Below, one piece after another: positions 42,599 to 51,315 of a DNA stretch of 64,000 nucleotides. The translations under genes and the position numbers were made by a program. The stretch is from an uncultured Candidatus Woesearchaeota archaeon (GTDB taxonomy: Archaea > Nanobdellota > Nanobdellia > UBA10117), in contig CAIPHS010000011.1 of assembly GCA_903864915.1 (NCBI GenBank), positions 14,634 through 78,633 on the forward strand. Direction: 5' to 3'. Below the pieces are notes generated by a model. That model was not told the DNA's origin, did not search any database, and worked only from the letters and a program-made list of their open reading frames with translations. Position 1 is the stretch's first letter, and every line of letters begins with the position of its first letter.

Positions 42599-43704
42599 TT
42601 AGAAGCGTTGACCTCGGAATTATTTAAGGATTGTTGCACTCCACCATCCAGTTTGCTCAGCATGTCTCTGGCGAAACTGACCAGGAAGTGCTCATCATTA
42701 GAAAGGTTTGTAGTATTGTAATCGCCATTCTGGTTGTAGTACGAGGCATAGAACATCTTGTTATCTTTTGCAACATATACCAGCAGCGGAACCTTGCCCT
42801 CTCCAGCCTTATAGCCTCCAATAATCGCCTTGTCGCCAATACCTAGGTTTGTGACCGAAGCCCACACCAGCATGGATGTAAAGTCTTTGTTATTTTCAAG
42901 AGTTGCCTTGTCAGGATAAACGCGCAGCCAGACATACAGGTCTTCAGCACCTTTTGTGTAATGCCACATCGCGGCATCGCTGATGTTTTGCTGCATCCAC
43001 TGTGCCCTCAGGTCTGATGAGACTTCTGCAAGGTTTGTCCTTGAATCATTCAGCGTCCAGCCTGCCAGCAGACTTGTCGGCTCGTAAACCGCCAGACCTG
43101 TGGTTTTCACAGCGTTAGGATTATTTGGGAAATAACTTCCATTTATGTTGTGCACCGTCAGGAAAAATAAAGCAATCATCAAAATAGCGGCGATTGCTGC
43201 ACCGCCAATAAACCATTTCATCATGCCAGAACCTGATTTTTTTGCAGGCTGTTCCGGCGCTTGCGGTAATTGAATATTAACTGACTCTGATTTTAGTTCG
43301 GGACTTATTTCATGCGCAACGCCTGCCTCTTTCTCGATTTTTTCTGTCTTTGATTCTATCATTTCAGGCTTTGCAAACTTGATCTCAACAGGCTTCTCTT
43401 CAGCCCTCGGAGCAAATTTGGGTTTGACCTCAGCAGGCTTTTTTGTGATTTCCGGCAAAGGCGTCCTTACGACTTTTTTCATTGGTTTTGCCAGCTTTGG
43501 CTTAATTCTTACCTTAGGAGTTTTAGTGAGATTAACAATTTCATCATCATCAATTGGACCTAATAATTCAGGTTCCATCTGAGGCTCTTCGATAGGTATT
43601 TGTGGCTCTTCAATTTTCAATTTCAGCTGCTTCTTTCTCGGCTTCTTTATGGGCTCTTCAATCTTAGGTTCAGGCTCAATATTCCCGTCTTCAAAGTCGT
43701 CCAT
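42595..43704 (-). CDS. single-pass membrane protein with K/P/E-rich cytoplasmic N-terminus
   Basis: About 165 aa of low-complexity IEEP/KPK repeats, one TM helix (WFIGGAAIAAILMIALFFL), then a ~180-aa external domain. Confidence 0.5.
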   Translation of the reverse strand: MDDFEDGNIEPEPKIEEPIKKPRKKQLKLKIEEPQIPIEEPQMEPELLGPIDDDEIVNLTKTPKVRIKPKLAKPMKKVVRTPLPEITKKPAEVKPKFAPRAEEKPVEIKFAKPEMIESKTEKIEKEAGVAHEISPELKSESVNIQLPQAPEQPAKKSGSGMMKWFIGGAAIAAILMIALFFLTVHNINGSYFPNNPNAVKTTGLAVYEPTSLLAGWTLNDSRTNLAEVSSDLRAQWMQQNISDAAMWHYTKGAEDLYVWLRVYPDKATLENNKDFTSMLVWASVTNLGIGDKAIIGGYKAGEGKVPLLVYVAKDNKMFYASYYNQNGDYNTTNLSNDEHFLVSFARDMLSKLDGGVQQSLNNSEVNASK

Positions 43705-43796
43705 TGCTGTTTTCCTTGAGAAAAAGGAATAAAAAGGTTGTCCACGTCACTTGCCATATAGGTAAAACTTATATTGGCTTTTTTGGACTTCAAACC

Positions 43797-45488
43797 ATGG
43801 CTGAGGACATTAATGCTTTGATTGAAAAACATGCGCTTGCCAATGCATTTTCTCATGGCGGCAAAGCGCAACCTGGTTCAATCATAGGAAAATTGATTGC
43901 TGATAATCCCAAATACCGGGAGCAGATGAAAGAACTTGCCCCGAAGATTGCAAAACTCGTTTTTGAAGTTAACAAACTTACAATAAAGCAGCAGGAAGAA
44001 AAGTTGCTTAAGATTTTTCCGGAATTCTTTGAGAAGAAAGTGCACGAGGAAAAGAAAGATCTGCCCGAACTACCTGGTGCTAAGATGGGAAAAGTTGTTA
44101 CGCGCTTTGCACCATATCCGTCTGGTGCTTTGCACATAGGCAACCTCAAACCCGCACTTATCAGTTACATGTATGCGAAAAAATATGATGGCAAATTTAT
44201 CATTCGAATAGAAGATACAAATCCCGAAAAGATGAAACCAGAATATATTAAGTATATCGGGGAAGACCTTGATGCTCTCGGGCTGAAGCCAGACATTCCA
44301 ATATACAAAGTATCAGATCATTTCGACTATTATATAGACTTAGCAAAAAAATTAGTTAAAGAAGCTAAAGCCTATGTGTGTACTTGCTCTACAGTTGGCC
44401 AAAAAAAAGGTCGATTGGCGTCAATTAAAACTGAATGCAAATGCAGAAAACTTCCAACTAAAGAGCACGAAGCTAGATTTGCAGATATGATCTCTGGCAA
44501 ATACAAAGAACATGCTGCAATTTTGAGATTAAAAACAAACATTAATGACCCGAACCCTGCGTTAAGAGACCCTACGCTTTACAAGATAAGCGATATACCT
44601 CACGCAGTAACTGGTAAAAAATATCATGTTTATCCGATGTATAACTTTCAATGCGCAATCGAGGATCATGATTACGACATAACTCATGTTTTCAGAGCAG
44701 TAGAACATACTGCAAACACAGAAATACAAAAGAAAATATTTGATGCTTTTGGCTGGAAAAATTTTCCAAATGTCGTGAACTTTGGCTTTTTGTATCTAAT
44801 TGGAACAAACATTCACAAAAGATATATCCGTGAAGGTTTCGATAAAGGTATTTACAAAAGCTGGGATGATATTGTTCTTGGCGAACAATGTGGTATTGTC
44901 CGTGCTTTGTTGCGACGTGGAATACAAAGACATACTTTCGAACATTTAGTAATTGAATTAGGAGTAAGCCCAAATGTTGCAAGGATAAGCTGGGATATGA
45001 TTTATTCTATAAACCGGAAGCTTATCGATCCTATTGCACACAGGTATTCATTTGTTGCAGAACCTGTCGAGCTTAATATAAAAAATGCACCAAACGTAAA
45101 AGAAATCGAAGTCAAGCTGCATCCGGACAGCGACAAGGAATTCAAGAAAATCAAAGTCAACAATTCGGTTTACGTCTGGGGAAAGGATTTCAACAGATTC
45201 AAAGGCCAGGAAGTCAGATTAATGCACCTTTACAACATCAAGCTAAACCCAAAAGCAGAATTCACGAGCAAGGAAAACAAGCAAATTCCAAGAATCCAGT
45301 GGGTACCTACTGATTTTGCAGTCAAAACAGAAGTTTTGATGCCAACTGGTGATGTGGAAAAAGGATTTGCCGAGAAGAATGTTGAAAATCTCAAAGTCGG
45401 CGATATAATCCAGTTTGAAAGGTTTGGCTTTGTAAAATTAGAGAAGAAAGGCAAAGACAAATTTATTTTCTGTTACACGCACGGCTGA
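43797..45488 (+). CDS. gltX: glutamyl-tRNA synthetase (archaeal type)
   Basis: RFAPYPSGALHIGN (HIGH region) and the archaeal N-terminal ALANAFSHGGKAQPGSIIGK segment. ATG at 43797 is preferred over the 43704 ORF start. Confidence 0.9.
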   Translation: MAEDINALIEKHALANAFSHGGKAQPGSIIGKLIADNPKYREQMKELAPKIAKLVFEVNKLTIKQQEEKLLKIFPEFFEKKVHEEKKDLPELPGAKMGKVVTRFAPYPSGALHIGNLKPALISYMYAKKYDGKFIIRIEDTNPEKMKPEYIKYIGEDLDALGLKPDIPIYKVSDHFDYYIDLAKKLVKEAKAYVCTCSTVGQKKGRLASIKTECKCRKLPTKEHEARFADMISGKYKEHAAILRLKTNINDPNPALRDPTLYKISDIPHAVTGKKYHVYPMYNFQCAIEDHDYDITHVFRAVEHTANTEIQKKIFDAFGWKNFPNVVNFGFLYLIGTNIHKRYIREGFDKGIYKSWDDIVLGEQCGIVRALLRRGIQRHTFEHLVIELGVSPNVARISWDMIYSINRKLIDPIAHRYSFVAEPVELNIKNAPNVKEIEVKLHPDSDKEFKKIKVNNSVYVWGKDFNRFKGQEVRLMHLYNIKLNPKAEFTSKENKQIPRIQWVPTDFAVKTEVLMPTGDVEKGFAEKNVENLKVGDIIQFERFGFVKLEKKGKDKFIFCYTHG

Positions 45489-45802
45489 TCTGGGAAATAC
45501 GTCTTCAAATCATCTATTTTTTTTCTAAAGACAGCGCGTTCAGCTATCTGCGCTGGATTTCCAGACAGGCAGGTCTTGTCCAGACAGTCACCCAAATAAT
45601 TAACCAGAATATCTGCCAGATATTTGAACTCAGGTCTTCTTTCCTTAGGTATTTTTGTAAGGATGCTATATACCTCATTTGAAACCGTGCCTTCAAAATC
45701 CTCTGGCTTGGTAAGCGTTTTCTGTGTGAGCAGGGTCTCGAGTCTGGAGAGCGCTCTCTCGCTTTCCTGTTTATACCAATTCATTTGTGCTGCTTTGCCC
45801 AT
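45473..45802 (-). CDS. hypothetical protein
   Basis: 109-aa ORF convergent with gltX, with a 16-nt 3' overlap. Confidence 0.4.
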   Translation of the reverse strand: MGKAAQMNWYKQESERALSRLETLLTQKTLTKPEDFEGTVSNEVYSILTKIPKERRPEFKYLADILVNYLGDCLDKTCLSGNPAQIAERAVFRKKIDDLKTYFPDQPCV

Positions 45803-45854
45803 TTAATCACCACAGCAGCGATATGTTTAAAAAGGCACTTTCTAAGACAACTTT

Positions 45855-46316
45855 ATGCCAGAAGTGAATAAAGAGCGAGCTGCACAAGCGTTGCAGTTGC
45901 TCAATGAGGTTCGTGTGCAAGGCAAGATTAGAAAGGGCACCAATGAAGTTACAAAATCTGTTGAGCGTGGCGAGGCAAAATTAGTTGTTATTGCCGCAGA
46001 CGTCAACCCGCCCGAAATAATCATGCATTTGCCGATTTTATGCGAGGAAAAGGGAATCGCATGCATTTATGTTGATACAAAAGCAGACCTTGGCGCAGCA
46101 GCAGGACTGCCTGTTGCCACATCTGCTGTCGCAGTTGCAAATGCTGGCGATGCAGCAAAGAAGCTGACTGACTTTTCAGAACAGATAAGGGGAAAGCCAA
46201 AACCTGCCAAACCAGTTGCGCCTGTTGAGGAAAAGAAAGAAGAAAAGCCTGCAAAAAAGCCAAAAGTAGCAAAGCCTGCTCCTACAGAGGTTGTAGCAGC
46301 GCCTGTTTCTAGTTAA
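45855..46316 (+). CDS. rpl7ae: ribosomal protein L7Ae with K/P/A-rich C-terminal extension
   Basis: [30 protein letters not shown]...[10 protein letters not shown]. About 40 extra residues follow: [28 protein letters not shown]. Confidence 0.9.
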   Translation: MPEVNKERAAQALQLLNEVRVQGKIRKGTNEVTKSVERGEAKLVVIAADVNPPEIIMHLPILCEEKGIACIYVDTKADLGAAAGLPVATSAVAVANAGDAAKKLTDFSEQIRGKPKPAKPVAPVEEKKEEKPAKKPKVAKPAPTEVVAAPVSS

Positions 46317-46321
46317 TAATT

Positions 46322-46627
46322 ATGGCAAAGCCACCTGTTGCTGAGAAAAAGGAAAAAACTGAAGAACCACAGCAACAGCAACAACAGCAGCAAAAAAAGC
46401 AGACTGAATTTGTTAGCGGCGAGATTATTCCTGCTCAGATCCTGGAACTTGTTGGCACAATGGGCACAAGGGAAGGCGGAAGACAGGCACGAGTAAAGCT
46501 TTTGTCTGGAAGGGAAGTCGGCAAGATAATGAGAAGGAATGTCATTGGCCCGTTCAAGATTGGCGACATTTTGATGCTTAGGGAAACAGAAATTGAAGCC
46601 TCGCCCGCAAAAGGCAGAAAGCACTAG
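46322..46627 (+). CDS. rps28e: ribosomal protein S28e with N-terminal extension containing Q8
   Basis: Core sequence ARVKLLSGREVGKIMRRNVIGPFKIGDILMLRETEIEA. The N-terminal ~30 aa include a QQQQQQQQ run at nt 46370-46393. Confidence 0.85.
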   Translation: MAKPPVAEKKEKTEEPQQQQQQQQKKQTEFVSGEIIPAQILELVGTMGTREGGRQARVKLLSGREVGKIMRRNVIGPFKIGDILMLRETEIEASPAKGRKH

Positions 46628-46663
46628 CGAAAAGGTTTTAGTTTAGTATTCTCTAGTTTATTC

Positions 46664-46900
46664 ATGGTGCATATTCCCTGCGAGAGTTGTGCAATGCCTA
46701 TTCGTGAAGGCCAGAAATACTGCAGATTCTGCGCTCCTGATGGAAAATTATTGCCGCTGAGCAACATAATCGAAAACATGTCGGACGTCATGGCCAAGAA
46801 GCATGGCCTGAACGAGGAAGATGCTTTCAACAAGACTGTAAACTACTTGAAGAAGATGCCAGCCTGGACGGAAACATTAGAAAAGCTTGAGAAGAAGTAA
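46664..46900 (+). CDS. zinc-ribbon protein
   Basis: CESCAMP...YCRFCAPDGKL forms a CxxC...CxxC ribbon, followed by a helical tail. Confidence 0.5.
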   Translation: MVHIPCESCAMPIREGQKYCRFCAPDGKLLPLSNIIENMSDVMAKKHGLNEEDAFNKTVNYLKKMPAWTETLEKLEKK

Positions 46901-46942
46901 CTATGCAGAAAGCTTTTTAATGCAACTTTTGGAGACTTAACC

Positions 46943-47131
46943 ATGCCAATATGTGCTTATTGCAAAAAGGACTTTGACAGGACAAGCGGAAAGGCAGTTA
47001 TCATGAATAGTGGCAAGATTCTCTATTTCTGCTCAGGCAAGTGCGATGCGTACATGCTTGAATTGGAAAGAAACCCAAAAAGGCTCAAGTGGACCAAGCC
47101 AGAAAAGCTAAAGCCAAAAGCCAAGACTTAA
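46943..47131 (+). CDS. rpl24e: ribosomal protein L24e
   Basis: CAYCKKDFDRTSGKAVIMNSGKILYFCSGKC...NPKRLKWT. Confidence 0.85.
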   Translation: MPICAYCKKDFDRTSGKAVIMNSGKILYFCSGKCDAYMLELERNPKRLKWTKPEKLKPKAKT

Positions 47132-47302
47132 TCAGTTGTTATAATTTCTGAATTTGTTAAAACCTAAGCCCCAATTTCGGATATCGTTTATCTGATAGAT
47201 TGCCTCATCCTTATCAAAATCCGGGCCCCGCCATTCAAGATCTGCGAGGGCTTTCTGCTCCATAAGAATCTGCGATTCCAAAGTGGAAACTTGTTTTTCC
47301 AT
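47132..47302 (-). CDS. possible 56-aa protein, last gene of the orphan operon (below the ORF-track cutoff)
   Basis: Hand translation gives MEKQVSTLESQILMEQKALADLEWRGPDFDKDEAIYQINDIRNWGLGFNKFRNYNN. GAGAGGGG lies 2 nt upstream of the ATG, which is 8 nt after the upstream stop. Confidence 0.4.
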   Translation of the reverse strand: MEKQVSTLESQILMEQKALADLEWRGPDFDKDEAIYQINDIRNWGLGFNKFRNYNN

Positions 47303-47309
47303 ACCCCTC

Positions 47310-47819
47310 TCACCGGCGTAATTTCTTCTTTATTTTATGCATTTTTACAGCGATGCCGGCTTCAGTTTTTTCCAACGCTTCTTTTTCTTTCTTGCTCATC
47401 TCATAAGGAGGTGTGCTTACTGGCGTTCCAGGCAATTCCCAGAACCAGTCACCTGCAACATTATTCGGGTCGTAAGTAAACTCTAACCGCTTGTCTTCTT
47501 TTGGCAGAGGCTTGTCTGTCAGCTCTGCAAGTAAAGCAGACAATTCCAAATGATATCCCACTGATGGCTTTTCCTTTCCAGACTTGCAGTCTTCGCAATA
47601 CTTCATATGCCACTGGTAGATATCTTCCAATTGCTCCCTTAGGCAAGGCTCAGATTTGTCCAGCTCATCATCAGGGTCAAAATGTATTATGAGCTCAAGG
47701 TCGCCTAGCGTGCTTTTCAGCTTGGCACATTGCTTGGTAATCTCAAGAATCTGAAAGGATGAGTAATGCGAATCCAAGGTGATATTTGCTCCCAAATATT
47801 TATCCTGTTTATTCGGCAT
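47310..47819 (-). CDS. hypothetical cytoplasmic protein (orphan operon gene 3)
   Basis: The ATG at 47819 is preceded by GGAGGAA; the ORF track extends to 47843. Contains a CEDC pair but no recognised family. Confidence 0.5.
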   Translation of the reverse strand: MPNKQDKYLGANITLDSHYSSFQILEITKQCAKLKSTLGDLELIIHFDPDDELDKSEPCLREQLEDIYQWHMKYCEDCKSGKEKPSVGYHLELSALLAELTDKPLPKEDKRLEFTYDPNNVAGDWFWELPGTPVSTPPYEMSKKEKEALEKTEAGIAVKMHKIKKKLRR

Positions 47820-48312
47820 TGGTTCCTCCAAGCAAGTCATCAAGGCTTTTATCTGCAGTCATGTCTTTTATCGGTGCTGTTATAATATAACCTAAACCGT
47901 AATATGTATAATTCTCCTCTAAATAACCGCGTTGGTCGCGCGGATAAAATCCGCTCATCTGCATACCTTCTGCAAGAACATCAACATATCTTCCACGGAA
48001 TATTCCCATGTCAGATCTTCTGGCATGATACTCGTTAGACTCATCAGACACATAAAAAACACCGCTCTTAATCAGCCAGATGCCAACATCCTCTGGTTTT
48101 GGAAATTCTGGCTTCTCACCCCTTTCATTTCTGGCGCTAAACACTGCTTCTTTAAACAAAAACATACTTCTATCTTCTTCTGAAAGTGATTCTAGGTGTT
48201 TTTTGTATTTTTCAGAATCTATCAGATATTGCTGAACTCTTTTGTGCACTTCTTCAGGCGTTAAACCTAAATCTCCCCTTCTTTTGCATGTCTTACAAGC
48301 GTCTTCTTCCAT
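47809..48312 (-). CDS. hypothetical cytoplasmic protein (orphan operon gene 2)
   Basis: The ATG at 48312 lies 1 nt after the upstream TGA; the ORF track extends to TTG at 48324. N-terminal CKTC pair. Confidence 0.5.
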   Translation of the reverse strand: MEEDACKTCKRRGDLGLTPEEVHKRVQQYLIDSEKYKKHLESLSEEDRSMFLFKEAVFSARNERGEKPEFPKPEDVGIWLIKSGVFYVSDESNEYHARRSDMGIFRGRYVDVLAEGMQMSGFYPRDQRGYLEENYTYYGLGYIITAPIKDMTADKSLDDLLGGTNAE

Positions 48313-48313
48313 A

Positions 48314-48880
48314 TCAATCAACAAGTTTCAATTGCTTAGCTTCTGCCATTAACGATTCTCTTTTACCGGCCTCTTTCCGAATCTTCTTCTCTTCTGCACT
48401 TATTCTCTCCCCTGCTTGTTCCTGCTTCTCTTGTTTCTTTAACCAAGACTTATACTTAGATATGGCTTTTCGCTTTCCTAATTTAATCATGCGCCCCATC
48501 GCAGCTTCCCAAGGACCAGATATGTAGACCGCAAGCTCCTCAATATTATAGCTGTTTTCATTGTAACTGGCCTGGAAAACATGCTGATAGCCACCCCCGC
48601 CATCGTAATTAATATCCATCTTGTCTGTATTGTGGGAGTAATGTGTTCCGCCAGTCTCCCAGGTTATGCCAAACCCTAGAAAGTCAATTATTTCCCGCTT
48701 GACGTATATGTTAGTGGAGCCTTCCTTGCGGTCAACCTCTGTGTCCAAATCAGTATTATCTAATCCAAGCATCACATTTTCAAGAAAATTAATTGTCTTG
48801 CCAATGAATTTTTCTCTTGACTTGACTATCGTTTCAAGCTCTTTTACGGGCAATGACTCTAGGTCTTTTGACTCAGTCAT
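48314..48880 (-). CDS. hypothetical cytoplasmic protein with K/E-rich tail (orphan operon gene 1)
   Basis: 188-aa ORF with a GGGGYQH segment and a charged helical C-terminus. Confidence 0.5.
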   Translation of the reverse strand: MTESKDLESLPVKELETIVKSREKFIGKTINFLENVMLGLDNTDLDTEVDRKEGSTNIYVKREIIDFLGFGITWETGGTHYSHNTDKMDINYDGGGGYQHVFQASYNENSYNIEELAVYISGPWEAAMGRMIKLGKRKAISKYKSWLKKQEKQEQAGERISAEEKKIRKEAGKRESLMAEAKQLKLVD

Positions 48881-49001
48881 ATACTACTAAACGCTGACAA
48901 CCTATAAAAGAATTATTCTGCTGGACTAAACGGGATAAGAGCTGAGGCATAGATTTTTATATATCTCTTTTGGATTAAGGGTTAGTGGAGGACATATTAA
49001 C

Positions 49002-49340
49002 ATGCCTGCTAAAAAAGCTACTATAAAACCTAAGGCTGCAAAGGTAAAGCCAAAAGATATCGCTGTAAAAGCCAAGCCAGAAGGCACTATGACTGGAAAG
49101 AAACTTGTCGGTACGGTAACACACTTCTTTGACAAGATTTCGGTTGCTGTGATCAAAGTTAACGCTCCGGTTGCAGTCGGCGATGAGCTCGCGATTGAAG
49201 GCCCGCAGACCAACATCAAAATGAAAATAACATCCATGCAAGTCGAGCATGAGGTAATCAAGTCTGCAAAGAAAGGCGACGATATCGGAATGAAAGTCCC
49301 TGGTCCAGTAAAGGCCAAAGACCTTGTTTTCAAGGTCTGA
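49002..49340 (+). CDS. small EF-Tu domain-2-like beta-barrel protein with Lys-rich N-terminus
   Basis: VGTVTHFFDKISVAVIKV...VGDELAIEG......VEHEVIKSAKKGDDIGMKV resembles a translation-factor domain II barrel. GGAGG lies upstream. Confidence 0.55.
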   Translation: MPAKKATIKPKAAKVKPKDIAVKAKPEGTMTGKKLVGTVTHFFDKISVAVIKVNAPVAVGDELAIEGPQTNIKMKITSMQVEHEVIKSAKKGDDIGMKVPGPVKAKDLVFKV

Positions 49341-49356
49341 TTTTTTCTTATTTTTT
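49341..49356 (+). terminator. double oligo-T tract
   Basis: ttttttcttatttttt lies directly after the TGA at 49338-49340. Confidence 0.3.
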
Positions 49357-49394
49357 ATCGCTTCTGTTTTAAAACTAACTAAGCAGAGCTTTCT

Positions 49395-50936
49395 ATGAGT
49401 AATGTAATATTGACAAATATTATGAAAGTGCGGGACTACAGCTGTGCCCCTGTGAGCCTGCCCATACTGGCCAGCTATGTCGAGCATAACACCGAAGCGG
49501 ATGCTGAGATTTTTGACATGACGCTGGAGATGGCTAAAACCCAGTCATACAAAAAGTCGCTCAGGAATCTTGAAAAAAGGCTTGACAATTGCGAAGTCCT
49601 CGGCGTCCATACCATAACCCCAAATTATTACCTGGTTGTAAATATGCTGCGGGGCCTGAAGAAGATTCACGGAAAGCTCCCGACTGTTGTGCTGGGAGGC
49701 CCGCATGCAACAGCGGTACCAGTCATAACTCTTGAACAGACCAAGGGTCTTGTTGATGTCATAGTCATAGGCCCTGGCGAGAGGCAGCTTGCCGAGATTG
49801 TAATGGGAACACCTCTGGAAGAAATCCCAAACATAGCTTACCGGGAAGGCAGGAAAATAAAGCTCACAAAAAGAAAGCTCATGGAGCCTTTCGATGAAAA
49901 AATCGAAAGAAAATTCCTTGAATTCTGCATGACTCCAAGCTTCAGCAAGCGCATGGGCAAGTTAAAGGAACTTTCAGACATCAGCAGGTACAGCTGCCCA
50001 AACCAGTGTGATTATTGTTCCTGTGTTAGGGTCAGGGGAGGGACATTCAACAGAGACCCTGATATCGTGGCTGAGGAAATTGCAGAAATCAACGACAGGA
50101 AGAAACTGGAAAACATAATCTTTGTCGATGACAACCATTTCCTGGATTTTAATCACGCCGTGGCTCTTGACAAGGCACTAAAAGAGCAGGGCATCGAAGC
50201 CTCAAAAACAAGCTATGCAGACCTCGACACGCTTACAAAACCAAACCTGCAGAGCATAAAGAACATGAATTACGATGCGCTGTTTGTCGGCCGTGATTTT
50301 GTTACAAACAGGCTTGCAAGGATTTACGGCAGAAGGCTGGCAGGCAGAATAAGGGATGTTGAAAGTGAAAAGAAAATATTGGACAGGGCGGCGAGGACAA
50401 TCCCGCTGACAATTAGTTACATCATTCCGGCGCCCCACTACACCATGGAAGAAGTCAAGAAGACTGTGGATGACATGTGCGATTATTGCTGGCAGGGCGT
50501 AAGATACGGAATCTTATCGCCCCTTCCCGGCACAAAAATAAGGGAAAAGCTGCGGAAAGAAAAACTTCTGAACAGCTGGGCAGCCAACTGCGACAAGATG
50601 AACGGAAGGCCGCTGGATTTCACATTCAGATTTTTGAACAAGGACGTTGAGACATGGACGTACAGCAACGCTGTGGAAGAAATAAAACTCGATTATTACG
50701 AAAAAAGCCATGAAGGTACCTGGAAGCTTCTTAATTTTGGCAAAGCCAACCTGCTCATTGCATCAGCAATAACATATTCCAGTGACAAGCTTGATCACTG
50801 CATGAACAGGTTTGCAAAATACTGGAGCGAAGAACAAATTTCTGCCTCGAAAGATTACCTGAAGGTTTCAAAAACATACATGAAAGACAAGGATTTTGTC
50901 AGCTTCTGCAAAAAAACCATAAAAAATTACGCTTAG
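49395..50936 (+). CDS. B12-binding-domain radical SAM protein
   Basis: An N-terminal Rossmann-like B12-binding-type region (VVLGGPHAT) and the radical SAM cluster CPNQCDYCSC. Confidence 0.8.
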   Translation: MSNVILTNIMKVRDYSCAPVSLPILASYVEHNTEADAEIFDMTLEMAKTQSYKKSLRNLEKRLDNCEVLGVHTITPNYYLVVNMLRGLKKIHGKLPTVVLGGPHATAVPVITLEQTKGLVDVIVIGPGERQLAEIVMGTPLEEIPNIAYREGRKIKLTKRKLMEPFDEKIERKFLEFCMTPSFSKRMGKLKELSDISRYSCPNQCDYCSCVRVRGGTFNRDPDIVAEEIAEINDRKKLENIIFVDDNHFLDFNHAVALDKALKEQGIEASKTSYADLDTLTKPNLQSIKNMNYDALFVGRDFVTNRLARIYGRRLAGRIRDVESEKKILDRAARTIPLTISYIIPAPHYTMEEVKKTVDDMCDYCWQGVRYGILSPLPGTKIREKLRKEKLLNSWAANCDKMNGRPLDFTFRFLNKDVETWTYSNAVEEIKLDYYEKSHEGTWKLLNFGKANLLIASAITYSSDKLDHCMNRFAKYWSEEQISASKDYLKVSKTYMKDKDFVSFCKKTIKNYA

Positions 50937-50981
50937 GCTTCCATTCAAAACCATTTTAAACTCTATCGAATACTTTAATCC

Positions 50982-51314
50982 ATGCCTCTGAAGACGATTT
51001 CATCAACGGCGCGGGAGAGGAAGCGGTATCTTCTTGTGAAAGTCGAATCTGAATCTTCTGTGGAGAAAAAAGAACTGGAAAATGCAATTCTGAATTCCTG
51101 TTTGCAGTTCCTGGGAGAACTTGGGGTTGCGAAGGCAGGCATACAGGTTGTTTCAGATACCTGGAATGGCAAAACTGTAATTGTAAAAACCGGGCACAAA
51201 TATGTGGATGAGACAAAATTTGCCCTAAATCTTATAAAGTCGATTGCAGACAGAAAAGTGAGGCTAAGTGTTACGAAAGTCTCAGGCGCTATATTAAAAT
51301 TAAAAGGTGAATAA
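50982..51314 (+). CDS. rnp2: RNase P protein component 2 (Pop5)
   Basis: ARERKRYLLVKVES at the N-terminus and VSGAILKLK at the C-terminus. It occupies the canonical position upstream of psmA. Confidence 0.75.
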   Translation: MPLKTISSTARERKRYLLVKVESESSVEKKELENAILNSCLQFLGELGVAKAGIQVVSDTWNGKTVIVKTGHKYVDETKFALNLIKSIADRKVRLSVTKVSGAILKLKGE

Positions 51315-51315
51315 A

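Noticed and set aside
48926-49487. 135-aa and 170-aa minus ORFs.
   Set aside because: They are antisense to the EF-Tu-domain-II-like gene and the radical SAM gene start, which have recognisable motifs and an SD sequence.
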